Below are positions 28,358 to 37,122 of a DNA stretch of 43,950 nucleotides, in pieces; within the stretch, counting starts at the first letter, position 1; each line of letters begins with the position of its first letter. The position numbers and the translations under genes were made by a program. The DNA is taken from positions 1-43,950 of the forward strand of contig JAHJSW010000033.1 in NCBI GenBank assembly GCA_018830245.1, given 5' to 3'. The stretch is from Nanobdellota archaeon (GTDB taxonomy: Archaea; Nanobdellota; Nanobdellia; Pacearchaeales; GW2011-AR1). Under the pieces are notes generated by a model, which searched no databases, was not told where the DNA came from, and saw nothing but the letters and a program-made list of their open reading frames with translations.

Positions 28358-28810
28358 CTATTTTCTTTTAAAATAAAGATAAGTTAAAACAAGGCCGAGA
28401 ACAAACAAAACCACTCCAAATAAGTTCGTACTTGTTTGAGTTAGATTAGACACAGCACTTCCAGTTATATTTGTTGAAAGTAAATAAAACGCCATTGCAA
28501 AACTTACAATAATTGATGCTGCAGCTATTCTGCTTCTTGTTTCTAAACTGCCTTCTTTTTCTTCTGGCGCTTTTTCTCCAATTTTTTCATATAATTCCAC
28601 TCCCATTTTAATAGTTTTTTCATCATTCATCCCTCTCCCAATATCTAATAAGCCCCTTGCGATTTCTCGGATATATTGTTTATCCCCTCTCCTAGAAGTT
28701 GGACCATATCCTCCTTTTTTAATGGTGTTATAAGCACTTGCTAATTCTGCTGAATAAAAGACTCCTTCATCTATTACCGGAGTTTTCTTGAATCTTTTTT
28801 TCTCACCCAT
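28358..28810 (-). CDS. Hypothetical protein with C-terminal TM-ITG-TM anchor
   Basis: Two TM helices flanking NITGSAVS, basic KRK end. Confidence 0.7.
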   Translation of the reverse strand: MGEKKRFKKTPVIDEGVFYSAELASAYNTIKKGGYGPTSRRGDKQYIREIARGLLDIGRGMNDEKTIKMGVELYEKIGEKAPEEKEGSLETRSRIAAASIIVSFAMAFYLLSTNITGSAVSNLTQTSTNLFGVVLFVLGLVLTYLYFKRK

Positions 28811-28894
28811 GTTTTTCTATAAGAACTACGTATTTTTAAAATTTACCATAGAGCATACTTGCTAATAACAAAAATTCCTTTTTTGATATCTTCG

Positions 28895-29014
28895 CTAATT
28901 TTCAACAACAGAATTTAACTCACTTTCCAACTTACAAGTCATCTCAAGGAGTAAATTCAGTTCTTCAGCTATGTGAACACGTTCTCTTTCCATTTGAGTT
29001 TTTGTTTGCTCCAT
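28895..29014 (-). CDS. 39-aa helical peptide (not in ORF track)
   Basis: MEQTKTQMERERVHIAEELNLLLEMTCKLESELNSVVEN*; GGGTGA SD. Confidence 0.55.
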   Translation of the reverse strand: MEQTKTQMERERVHIAEELNLLLEMTCKLESELNSVVEN

Positions 29015-29019
29015 TTTTC

Positions 29020-29190
29020 ACCCACTCAAAATAACCAGAATTCTTTCCAAGCCTGAATAATTAAGTAAGAAGTTCAATTCAATTCAGGCCCAAAAAAAGA
29101 GATCTGAATTAAATTGAGATAAATTTAATTGTAGTATAGACTAAGCCAGAACAATTCTTTCCAACCCATGGCATAAGTCTATTCTCCATA
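29020..29190 (-). ncRNA. Candidate structured RNA or cis-regulatory leader with three hairpins
   Basis: Stems 29136-29182, 29075-29116, 29024-29066; 12-nt repeat TTGGAAAGAATT at two apices; TTATAAA box upstream. Confidence 0.5.
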
Positions 29191-29234
29191 TTGATATCTA
29201 ATAGAAAAAAGGGTTTATAATATTTTCTATATAA

Positions 29235-30299
29235 TTAAGATTCTCCTAAAACATTTTCCAATCTTTTCTTAAAAATATCTAGATCTTCTATCTTAACTTG
29301 AGCGCCAACAGCATCTCCATGGCCTCCCCCAGTAGCACCTGAAAGTTCTTCTAAAATTTTTAAGAGAGGATTTCTTATATCCTTCCCTCTAATAGAAATA
29401 TTCGCTTTAGTTCCTTTTACATAAATAACTACAATTATTTTTTCAGGAAACAAATAACTAAGTTCATTAGAAAGATCACTACTAATGCTTAAATCCCCGC
29501 TATACTTAAAAAACATTAAGTTTGTTGAGTTTTCTCCTATTTTAATCGCTTTAATAAGCAATTGGCGATATTTTTTATTTATTTCTTTAAAACGATTGTG
29601 CATAGTATAATTTTTATTATTTTCATCTAAAACATCATAAGGAGTTTTAGCATTAATTAAAAATTTTAACATAGAAATCACATTTGTGGTTCTATCTTTT
29701 AATGCAAATCCAAATATCATCGCAATTTTTCCAATAGGGGATTTATAAAAAACATCAAAAGCAGAATCTGAATCAACGCATAGTTCTGGGTTCTCTTTTT
29801 TAAATTGCGCATAAAACTCTGGAAGAAACTTATCTGAAATACATCCAATAATTGCTATCCATAGATCTTGTTTTTTTTGAGAAATTTGATAACAGTAATA
29901 AGTCACAGGAGGAGCAATTAAATAGTTTTTTTCATCAGACTCCTCCAAAAGAGGATTATAATAATTAACAAAATCTGGAATATCTTCTCTATTGATTGCG
30001 TGATGATCTATCCAAACAACAGGAATATTAATCTGATGAATTTTTTCAAAAAATTCTTTTGAAACTAAAGGCTTATCTAAAATAAAGACATAATCTGCTT
30101 TTAATTCGTCAATCTTTCTAAAATAATCTTCTGTTAATTCTGGAAAAGATCTTATAGGAACTCCCCGCCCTCTTCCAAGGTATCTCTGCAATAAAAGAAA
30201 ACTGCATAGTCCATCCTGATCATTATCAAAAAAAAACAACGGATTTTGGGCCTTATCTAAATGCTCTTTAATTTCTTCTACTTGTTTTTTATTTAACAT
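29235..30299 (-). CDS. DHH/DHHA1 phosphoesterase
   Basis: DNDQDG, IDHH, SIR, GGGHGDAVG. Confidence 0.9.
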   Translation of the reverse strand: MLNKKQVEEIKEHLDKAQNPLFFFDNDQDGLCSFLLLQRYLGRGRGVPIRSFPELTEDYFRKIDELKADYVFILDKPLVSKEFFEKIHQINIPVVWIDHHAINREDIPDFVNYYNPLLEESDEKNYLIAPPVTYYCYQISQKKQDLWIAIIGCISDKFLPEFYAQFKKENPELCVDSDSAFDVFYKSPIGKIAMIFGFALKDRTTNVISMLKFLINAKTPYDVLDENNKNYTMHNRFKEINKKYRQLLIKAIKIGENSTNLMFFKYSGDLSISSDLSNELSYLFPEKIIVVIYVKGTKANISIRGKDIRNPLLKILEELSGATGGGHGDAVGAQVKIEDLDIFKKRLENVLGES

Positions 30300-30341
30300 A
30301 TTTTAAAGAAAAAAATTTAATATATAAGGTTTGTTGAAAGA

Positions 30342-31445
30342 TTATATTCTCTTACCAGCCATTATCTTCTCTCTTAAATTATCCAAATCATGAATTAATG
30401 AAGACACAAGGCTTTCATTTTTAAGAATCTTTAACAAATCATCTTTATTTGCTCCAAAAATTTTATCAATTGATTCAAAATTATTCATTAATAATCTTAC
30501 ATCTTTTTCAAGCAAATTAGTTTTATTTAAAATTCTCCCTCCTTTAGAAAAAACAGCTCTATCATGAAGTTCCTCAAATAAAATTCTAGATAAATTAGAA
30601 GTTTCAAGCAAAAAATCAAAATTAAAATTATTTAAAATTGTATCCACCTTAGGTGCTTTTGATTTAAAATAATCTCCCAAAATCATCTCTCTTTCTTTAT
30701 TCAAATTTTTAATTAACTCTTTAAGTCTCATACTTACAATAATTCCTTGCTTTCCTAATTCAACTAGATATCTACGAACCATATCTGAAATTCTTCTTAT
30801 AATTTCAATTCTTTGCAAAACATCACAAACATCGCTCACAGTAACTAACTGATTTATCTCAAGAATATTCAAGTTAATAATTAGATCATTAAAAATTTCT
30901 TTTTGTTTTTCTAAAATTTGCAAAGTTTCCGTAGCTCTTCTTAAAACCTCTGAACTTTCTTCTAACTCATGTGTTACCCCCCCATGATAAATAGTAATTT
31001 TGTTTTTTCTTTCAGAAATAGCAATAACTAAAGAGTCCATTTGTTTTGCAGTTCTTTCTGCAGCCTTATGTCTTGTTCCAGTCTCTTTTGTTGGAATACG
31101 GACGTCTGGTGTAAGAAGAGTATTTGCATATAAAATTTTCTTCAAATCTTCAGATAAAATAATTGCTCCATCCATTTTAGCAAGTTCTACAAGTTTTTGA
31201 GGGCTAAACTTAGAATTCACCCTAAAACCCCCATCAACAATATTCAGGATCCCTTTTGCATCAACCACGATCAAAGCGCCCATCCTTGCTCTTAAAATAT
31301 CATCTAAAGCTGTTCTTAATGAAACTCCTGGAGAGAATAACTTTAAAATATCTATAAAATCCTTCTTCTTTTCAACCTTTTTACTCCTAGGTAATTTTTT
31401 CTTTTCAATAAGCAATTCCGGAACTTCCTCGTTTTTTATATTCAT
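30342..31445 (-). CDS. disA: DNA integrity scanning diadenylate cyclase DisA
   Basis: ELAKMDGAII, ETGTRHKAAERTAKQ, ISER, LQILE linker, YLVELG, C-terminal HhH-like region. Confidence 0.9.
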   Translation of the reverse strand: MNIKNEEVPELLIEKKKLPRSKKVEKKKDFIDILKLFSPGVSLRTALDDILRARMGALIVVDAKGILNIVDGGFRVNSKFSPQKLVELAKMDGAIILSEDLKKILYANTLLTPDVRIPTKETGTRHKAAERTAKQMDSLVIAISERKNKITIYHGGVTHELEESSEVLRRATETLQILEKQKEIFNDLIINLNILEINQLVTVSDVCDVLQRIEIIRRISDMVRRYLVELGKQGIIVSMRLKELIKNLNKEREMILGDYFKSKAPKVDTILNNFNFDFLLETSNLSRILFEELHDRAVFSKGGRILNKTNLLEKDVRLLMNNFESIDKIFGANKDDLLKILKNESLVSSLIHDLDNLREKIMAGKRI

Positions 31446-31485
31446 TCTAAGATAAAATACAAAAAATATATAAATCTTTAGTAAA

Positions 31486-32574
31486 TTAATCCATAAAATC
31501 TTCTAAAACATCTGTTTTAATCTTTTCCAGTTCACAAAAATCAGTAGAAAAATTATACGCGCCAGCATTAAGAAACACAATTTTATCTCCTACTTGAGGA
31601 TTTTTCATATAAACTTTATACCGATAAATATCCATTGAACAAGGAGTTGCACCTTTAATCGCATATGGTTTCACATCAGGATCATTTGCAGAAAATTCAT
31701 TTTCAACCAACAATTTTACTGGAACAATTAATGCATCCATATCACTATTATAAACAGAGGCATTAACAATAATATTATTATTATACATCCTAACTATTTC
31801 TACTTGAAGTTTTCCAGAAGGAGCTGCAATAAATCTTCCAGGCTCAACCATCATTTTCATTCCTTCCTTATTAAGCCATTTTCTAAACTCATTTATTTTT
31901 TCAAAGATAGTTTCTATCACTTTTTTATTTGTATTTGCATATTCCGCAGGCAATCCTCCTCCAATATTCACAATATCAATTAAAGAGAATATTTTTTCGT
32001 CAATAATATCTTCAAATTCATTTTTTAAGTTCCATTCACTCATATTTTGCGTTTTTCTATGAAAATGTATCCCAAGTTGCTTTATTTTATTTTTAATTTT
32101 CTCATTAGTTCTTAACTCAACTATTCTTTTATTTATAATTTCAGAAGGCATCCCAAAAACAAAATATCTCTCTGTTTTAATAGTATTTTCTTGAAGTCTT
32201 GCCCTTAAAAAAAGATTTACTTTAATACTCCTCTTTTCTAAAAAAGAAACTAATTCATCTAAATCAAATTCATTATCAACTACAAAAGAAGTTACATTCA
32301 TATTTATCAGTTCTTTCAAATCTTGTTGATCCCATCCTTGTGCAAAAAACAAAACTCGTGACTTATCTTTAACATGTTTTAGCTCATTAATTAAATGAAT
32401 ACTAAACAAACTGCAAGTATTTTTCTCTAAAATTTTTGTTATAAGAGGATTTGTCTTAGAACTATAAGAAACAACATCGCAAATTTCATTTACTAAAGTC
32501 CATTGTTCTAAAATTTTCTTTTTAGAAAGAACAAATTTTGGTTCTTCTTTTTTATTTGCAGAATTTAAAATCAT
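31486..32574 (-). CDS. Group IV PLP-dependent decarboxylase (ornithine/diaminopimelate/carboxyspermidine type)
   Basis: SYSSKTN (PLP Lys), HFH, NIGGG, EPGRF, GATPCSMD, AGAY. Confidence 0.88.
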   Translation of the reverse strand: MILNSANKKEEPKFVLSKKKILEQWTLVNEICDVVSYSSKTNPLITKILEKNTCSLFSIHLINELKHVKDKSRVLFFAQGWDQQDLKELINMNVTSFVVDNEFDLDELVSFLEKRSIKVNLFLRARLQENTIKTERYFVFGMPSEIINKRIVELRTNEKIKNKIKQLGIHFHRKTQNMSEWNLKNEFEDIIDEKIFSLIDIVNIGGGLPAEYANTNKKVIETIFEKINEFRKWLNKEGMKMMVEPGRFIAAPSGKLQVEIVRMYNNNIIVNASVYNSDMDALIVPVKLLVENEFSANDPDVKPYAIKGATPCSMDIYRYKVYMKNPQVGDKIVFLNAGAYNFSTDFCELEKIKTDVLEDFMD

Positions 32575-32575
32575 T

Positions 32576-33523
32576 TTAATCTTCCTTAATCAGTAAATGT
32601 TCCTCATTTAACTGCTCTAAAGCTTTAACCATGATTAAAGGAAAAATAATTGTCGTATCTCCAATAACAGTTGCAACATCACTATTATCTTTAATTTTCC
32701 CCCAAGATTTAGCTTCGTCAGTAGTTGCTCCAGACATACTCCCAGAAGTTTTGTGTGCAGTTGTAACATATAAAGCATAATCTGCGCCTCCATTAAGAAG
32801 AGTGCATAAAATTGCGTGATGTTTTGAAATGCTTCCTCCTAGAGCAATAACTCCTTTTTTCTCATCAAAAGAGGTAGACAAAAGAATATTCCCAAAATCT
32901 TTTACAGGATCAACAACAAATTCCTTATGCTTTTCTTGGAATAAATAAAGATGAAATCCTAAAGAACCATCAGTTATTGCTGGGCAGAATATTGGAACAT
33001 TCTTTTTTGCTGCCTGATAAAGTATAGAATTCTCATCTTGAAGAAATAATCCAATTTCTTTTAATAAATCAGAAATAGCCCATCTCTTTCTTTTTTTATA
33101 AATTTTTTCTAAAACTGGCTTAATCCAATCTTCAAAATTCATATAACTTTCATTACAAATTAATAAATTTCCAACTCTATTAATCCCTTTTTCATGAAGT
33201 TCAACATCATCATCATCAAATTTCCCTATTAAAAATTTCTCTCCGATAGATTTCATAATATCTTCTTCAATAGCTCCCACAGTAGTCACAATAATATTAG
33301 CCATCCCGAGTCGAATTAATTGTGCAAAAAACCCTCTTAGCCCCGAAGTTACCATGTTAGAAGTAAACGTCAAAAAAATCTTTGCACTATCTTTTTTCAT
33401 CTTTACAATTAAATTTGAAGCATTATTTACCTCTACACTCTGGTAACCAATATGTCCCATTCCTTCTACCAAGTCCTTCACAGACATATTCTCTTTCCAT
33501 AAAAAATCTTTTACATTACTCAT
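32576..33523 (-). CDS. dys: Deoxyhypusine synthase
   Basis: FTSNMVTSGLR, TTVGAIEEDIMK, GINRVGN, CPAITDGSLG, GSMSGA...EAKSWGK; start moved to the ATG at 33523. Confidence 0.93.
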   Translation of the reverse strand: MSNVKDFLWKENMSVKDLVEGMGHIGYQSVEVNNASNLIVKMKKDSAKIFLTFTSNMVTSGLRGFFAQLIRLGMANIIVTTVGAIEEDIMKSIGEKFLIGKFDDDDVELHEKGINRVGNLLICNESYMNFEDWIKPVLEKIYKKRKRWAISDLLKEIGLFLQDENSILYQAAKKNVPIFCPAITDGSLGFHLYLFQEKHKEFVVDPVKDFGNILLSTSFDEKKGVIALGGSISKHHAILCTLLNGGADYALYVTTAHKTSGSMSGATTDEAKSWGKIKDNSDVATVIGDTTIIFPLIMVKALEQLNEEHLLIKED

Positions 33524-33684
33524 TTTAAAAAGAAATAAAAAACAGGCTATTAAATTGGAATTGCCAAGATAATCCAAAATCTCTGTTTAGCCATAAATTA
33601 TACAAAAAAACTCTATTTTTAAATATTTCTTATAAACTCCATCACAAGAATATTTTTAAAGAGAGAAGTATAAAAAAGAATACA

Positions 33685-33876
33685 ATGAATAAATGGATAA
33701 AACTGTTACTTGGTCTTGTAGTAGTCGTTGGTGCAATCTATTTTAGTTGGGGCATCAATGATTTATTTGGACTAGGTTCTTCAGCACTAATTGTCTTAAA
33801 AGGGGGCTTAGTTTGGTTTGCAATAATGATGGGACTTCTTTTAGTTATGCTCGGAGTTAGTGATTTAAAAGAATAA
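33685..33876 (+). CDS. Small two-TM membrane protein
   Basis: Two hydrophobic helices; TTTTAAA box upstream. Confidence 0.7.
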   Translation: MNKWIKLLLGLVVVVGAIYFSWGINDLFGLGSSALIVLKGGLVWFAIMMGLLLVMLGVSDLKE

Positions 33877-33877
33877 A

Positions 33878-34465
33878 TCACTGAAAAGCATAGATTAAAC
33901 TTCCTTCAATTACCGCAGCAATGATTAAAAGAGGCAAAACAATATAAAAAAAGACCTTTAAAGAAATAAGATATAACTTTCTAAAAGAGTCTTTCTTGTT
34001 CTTTTGGAAGAAGATAGTTCCTAACCTTATTCCTAATCCTAAAGAGATGAAAATAGCAGGAAGTTCAAAAATCCCGTGAGGAAGAATCTTCCATAAGATT
34101 GAGAATCCTTCAATATCATAACTCATAGAAGCAACAAATCCCAACAAATAACCATTAAAAATAAGTGCCATCAAAGGGTAGACTCCCACTAAAATCCCTA
34201 AAATCATCCCAAGAAAACTGCTTTGAATATTATTAAAAAAAATAAAAGTAATTAATTCAGATGTAGAAAGATCAATAGTTGTTTCTAATATTTTTTCAAT
34301 AATAATTAAAATTTGCTCTTTAATTGATTCTGGAGCAGGGACAAAAAATCCTACTAAAACAAAAATAAAAAAAACACCAAAAGCAAGATAAATAAAATTT
34401 TTAGATTCTTGTATATATTTCCAACACTCTTGATATTCTTTAATTAAACTAAACTTTTTTTTCAT
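33878..34465 (-). CDS. SpoIIM/DUF95 family membrane protein
   Basis: IFFNN, NGYLLG, LPHGIFELPA, AAVIEG. Confidence 0.9.
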   Translation of the reverse strand: MKKKFSLIKEYQECWKYIQESKNFIYLAFGVFFIFVLVGFFVPAPESIKEQILIIIEKILETTIDLSTSELITFIFFNNIQSSFLGMILGILVGVYPLMALIFNGYLLGFVASMSYDIEGFSILWKILPHGIFELPAIFISLGLGIRLGTIFFQKNKKDSFRKLYLISLKVFFYIVLPLLIIAAVIEGSLIYAFQ

Positions 34466-34474
34466 TTTTTTATT

Positions 34475-35146
34475 TTAGCTAAAATATTTTCTAAGATATT
34501 TTGTTTTATTCTGATATTTTTTCCTTAAATAAATTCCATAAATTAGTCCAATAACTAGTCCTCCTAAATGGGCACTATTTCCTATTGGAACATTTCCTGC
34601 AAGAGAGATAATCCACAAAAGAAGCAATATTCCTGGTCCAGCATATTTCATCTTTACTGGGATTGGAATAAACATAACATAAACCGGAAGATTCGGGGTT
34701 AAAAGAATGAGTATTCCTACTAATCCAAATAAAGCTCCTGAAGCACCTACAGCATAAGTATTAAAATCTCCTACAAAGAGCAGACTAGACAAAACAAAAA
34801 ATAATCCTGCAAACAGTCCAGAGGTTATATAAAAATAAAAGTACCTTTTGGGACCTAAAATTTTTTCAACTAATGAACCAATAAAAAACAAAGAGAACAT
34901 ATTTGCAAAAAGATGCCAAACCCCCCCATGCATAAACATACTTGTTAAAAAAGTCCAGAGAAATTTTCCCTGAAGAATATTTGAAGGTTTTAATGCAATA
35001 AAATCTAAAAAAGAGAAATTAAAATAAATTAAAAAAGTAAAAACTATGAAACTAATTAAATTAATAAATATCAGAATTGTATTAACATTAAAATTATTAA
35101 AAAGCGTTTTTTTTCTCCCAGGATAGACTTTATAAACATTAACCAT
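34475..35146 (-). CDS. Rhomboid intramembrane serine protease
   Basis: TSMFMH...HLFANM, GASG, AHLGG. Confidence 0.93.
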   Translation of the reverse strand: MVNVYKVYPGRKKTLFNNFNVNTILIFINLISFIVFTFLIYFNFSFLDFIALKPSNILQGKFLWTFLTSMFMHGGVWHLFANMFSLFFIGSLVEKILGPKRYFYFYITSGLFAGLFFVLSSLLFVGDFNTYAVGASGALFGLVGILILLTPNLPVYVMFIPIPVKMKYAGPGILLLLWIISLAGNVPIGNSAHLGGLVIGLIYGIYLRKKYQNKTKYLRKYFS

Positions 35147-35155
35147 CTTCAAGAA

Positions 35156-36016
35156 TTATCTCTTCTTCCTTTTGGAAATTTTTTTCTTAATCGGCTTTTT
35201 GAGAGGTTTTTTCTTTACAATCTTTTTAGTAACTCTCTTAATCGGCTTTTTGAGAGGTTTTTTAAAAAGCTTCTTTTTAAGAAGTTTCTTCTTAGCAATT
35301 TTTTTTATCGGTTTTTTCTTTATAATCTTTTTAGTAATCCTTTTAAACGGCTTTTTTACAGATTTTTTGATAGATTTTTTAACAAGTTTCTTTTTAAGAA
35401 GTTTCTTTTTTGCAAGTTTTTTAAGAGGTTTTTTCTTTAATTTTTCTTTTTCCTCTTTTTTAAATTCTTTGAGTTTCTTTTTTTCAATTTTTTCTTCTTC
35501 AATTTTAATCTCATCATTTACTAGCTCTAACTCTTTTTCAAGCCTAAATAAATTTTTTTTAAGTTCTTTTAGTAATTTAATATTGTCTTTAATTGAAAAA
35601 ATTCCCCCACATTCATTACAAGTATAATCATTAAGAAGCGCATTTTCTTCATTAAATTCAATGTTGCATTTCTCACAAATATAAAAATTTTTAGTTTCTC
35701 TACTTCGTATTTGATTTTTTATTTGTTCTATTTTTTTCAATAAAAAATTTCTTAAAAAATCTAAACATTTAATTACTTCTAATTTCCAAAAATAAGTGTA
35801 CCACCCTTTTTTCTTATCTTTCTTTCTTATAAAGGACACTAAACCATGATCAGAAATTTTATAAAGAATATTTCGTGTTTGATTAATTGTCAAATCAAGC
35901 TTTTTAGCAATTAAAAATTCATTTATATGTTTGTTCACATCTAATAAATCAGCAATTTCTTCTGCTTGTTTTCCAACAACAATTATAACCACCTCTCTAA
36001 GAAACTTTTTACGCAT
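35156..36016 (-). CDS. tfe: Transcription factor E (TFE alpha) with Lys-rich C-terminal tail
   Basis: INQTRNILYK, RKKDKKKGWYTYFW, FYICxxC, CxxCG. Confidence 0.88.
   Translation of the reverse strand: MRKKFLREVVIIVVGKQAEEIADLLDVNKHINEFLIAKKLDLTINQTRNILYKISDHGLVSFIRKKDKKKGWYTYFWKLEVIKCLDFLRNFLLKKIEQIKNQIRSRETKNFYICEKCNIEFNEENALLNDYTCNECGGIFSIKDNIKLLKELKKNLFRLEKELELVNDEIKIEEEKIEKKKLKEFKKEEKEKLKKKPLKKLAKKKLLKKKLVKKSIKKSVKKPFKRITKKIIKKKPIKKIAKKKLLKKKLFKKPLKKPIKRVTKKIVKKKPLKKPIKKKISKRKKR
35186..35407. repeat. Intragenic duplications encoding KKPxKK repeats
   Basis: 27-nt CTTAATCGGCTTTTTGAGAGGTTTTTT at 35186 and 35237; 20-nt TTCTTTTTAAGAAGTTTCTT at 35271 and 35388. Confidence 0.8.
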
Positions 36017-36169
36017 TTAAATCTTAAAATGAATCCAAATAAATACCTTTCGGTCTAAAAGACTTAAAAGGAACAAATTTGCAAAGGAATAAAGTTTTTA
36101 AACCTGTATGATATTTTATATATATCGAAAAGACTATATTAAAGTATATTAAGTATAGAAACTAATAAA

Positions 36170-36715
36170 ATGGGGTGGTTTAATAAAAAAGAGAAGATTC
36201 CAGAAGGAAGTAAAAATCTAGAATTGCCAGAACTTCCGAAACTTCCAGAACTCCCACGATTCGGAACAGAAGAGATCTCCCCTATTTCTCAACTTCCAAG
36301 ATTTCCAAATAGTCCCTTAGGAAAAAAATTATCACAAGAAATTATAAAAGAAGCAATAGCTGGGGGAAAAGAGGATAGAGGAGCTCTTGAAGTAGAGGAT
36401 TTTGAAGAATATCAACCATTTCAAGAGCTTCCAAAAAAAAGAGTTACAAAAGAAATTCCTTTTGAGTTTAAAGAGGCTGCAAGAGTAGTCAAAAAAGCAG
36501 AACCGATTTTTATAAGAATTGATAAGTTTGAAGAAAGTCTAAAAATCTTCGACAAAACGAAAAAACAAATTTCAGAGATTGAAGCCGGGTTAAGAGATAT
36601 AAAAAGATTGAAGGAGGAAGAAAATTCAGAACTAGAAAATTGGGAAAGCGAAATAATTCAATTAAAAAATCAAATTGAAAAAGTAGATAGAGACATTTTT
36701 TCTAAAATAGAATGA
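36170..36715 (+). CDS. Hypothetical protein (LPE/LPK repeats, C-terminal coiled coil)
   Basis: ELPELPKLPELP; PIFIRIDKF followed by heptads. Confidence 0.8.
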   Translation: MGWFNKKEKIPEGSKNLELPELPKLPELPRFGTEEISPISQLPRFPNSPLGKKLSQEIIKEAIAGGKEDRGALEVEDFEEYQPFQELPKKRVTKEIPFEFKEAARVVKKAEPIFIRIDKFEESLKIFDKTKKQISEIEAGLRDIKRLKEEENSELENWESEIIQLKNQIEKVDRDIFSKIE

Positions 36716-37083
36716 AAGGAGAGAACCTCATACATATAAAATTAGAATATAACGAAGCTGTTAAATCTAAAAAAGAAGTTCTTCAATCAGAAATAAATCT
36801 TTTAAAAATCGCGCAAGTGATAAAAAGATATAATTTTCTAAGAGCAGAAGAATTAAGATTAAAGGAGAAACTTCATAAGAAGTTAAAGGAAGCCATCACC
36901 AATATTAAAAAATTGCAAACAGTTCTTCCAAAGATAAAAATTCCCTCGATCTTAAGAGAAGAGGATATAGAAACAAAAAAAGTGAAAGAAAAACATATAA
37001 TTTTAGAAAAAGAATATTATGATGGGAGCGTAGAATCTCAACTCAGAGAGATTCAAAACAAACTAAATTCATTGCAAACATAA
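36712..37083 (+). CDS. Hypothetical coiled-coil protein
   Basis: ATGA overlap with the upstream gene; heptad pattern. Confidence 0.75.
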   Translation: MKGENLIHIKLEYNEAVKSKKEVLQSEINLLKIAQVIKRYNFLRAEELRLKEKLHKKLKEAITNIKKLQTVLPKIKIPSILREEDIETKKVKEKHIILEKEYYDGSVESQLREIQNKLNSLQT

Positions 37084-37122
37084 ATCATACAATTTTTAAA
37101 ACCTTCTTTCTTTTTTGAGATT

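Noticed and set aside
29020..29190. Known c-di-AMP (ydaO) riboswitch
   Set aside because: Conserved ydaO sequence blocks not recognisable; kept only as an unknown structured RNA
33524..33577. N-terminal extension of deoxyhypusine synthase in the ORF track
   Set aside because: TTG start spanning the TATA/spacer; ATG 33523 fits promoter spacing and family length
35172..35627. 151-aa Phe/Leu-rich plus-strand ORF resembling a membrane protein
   Set aside because: Antisense shadow of the Lys-rich TFE tail (AAA read as TTT)
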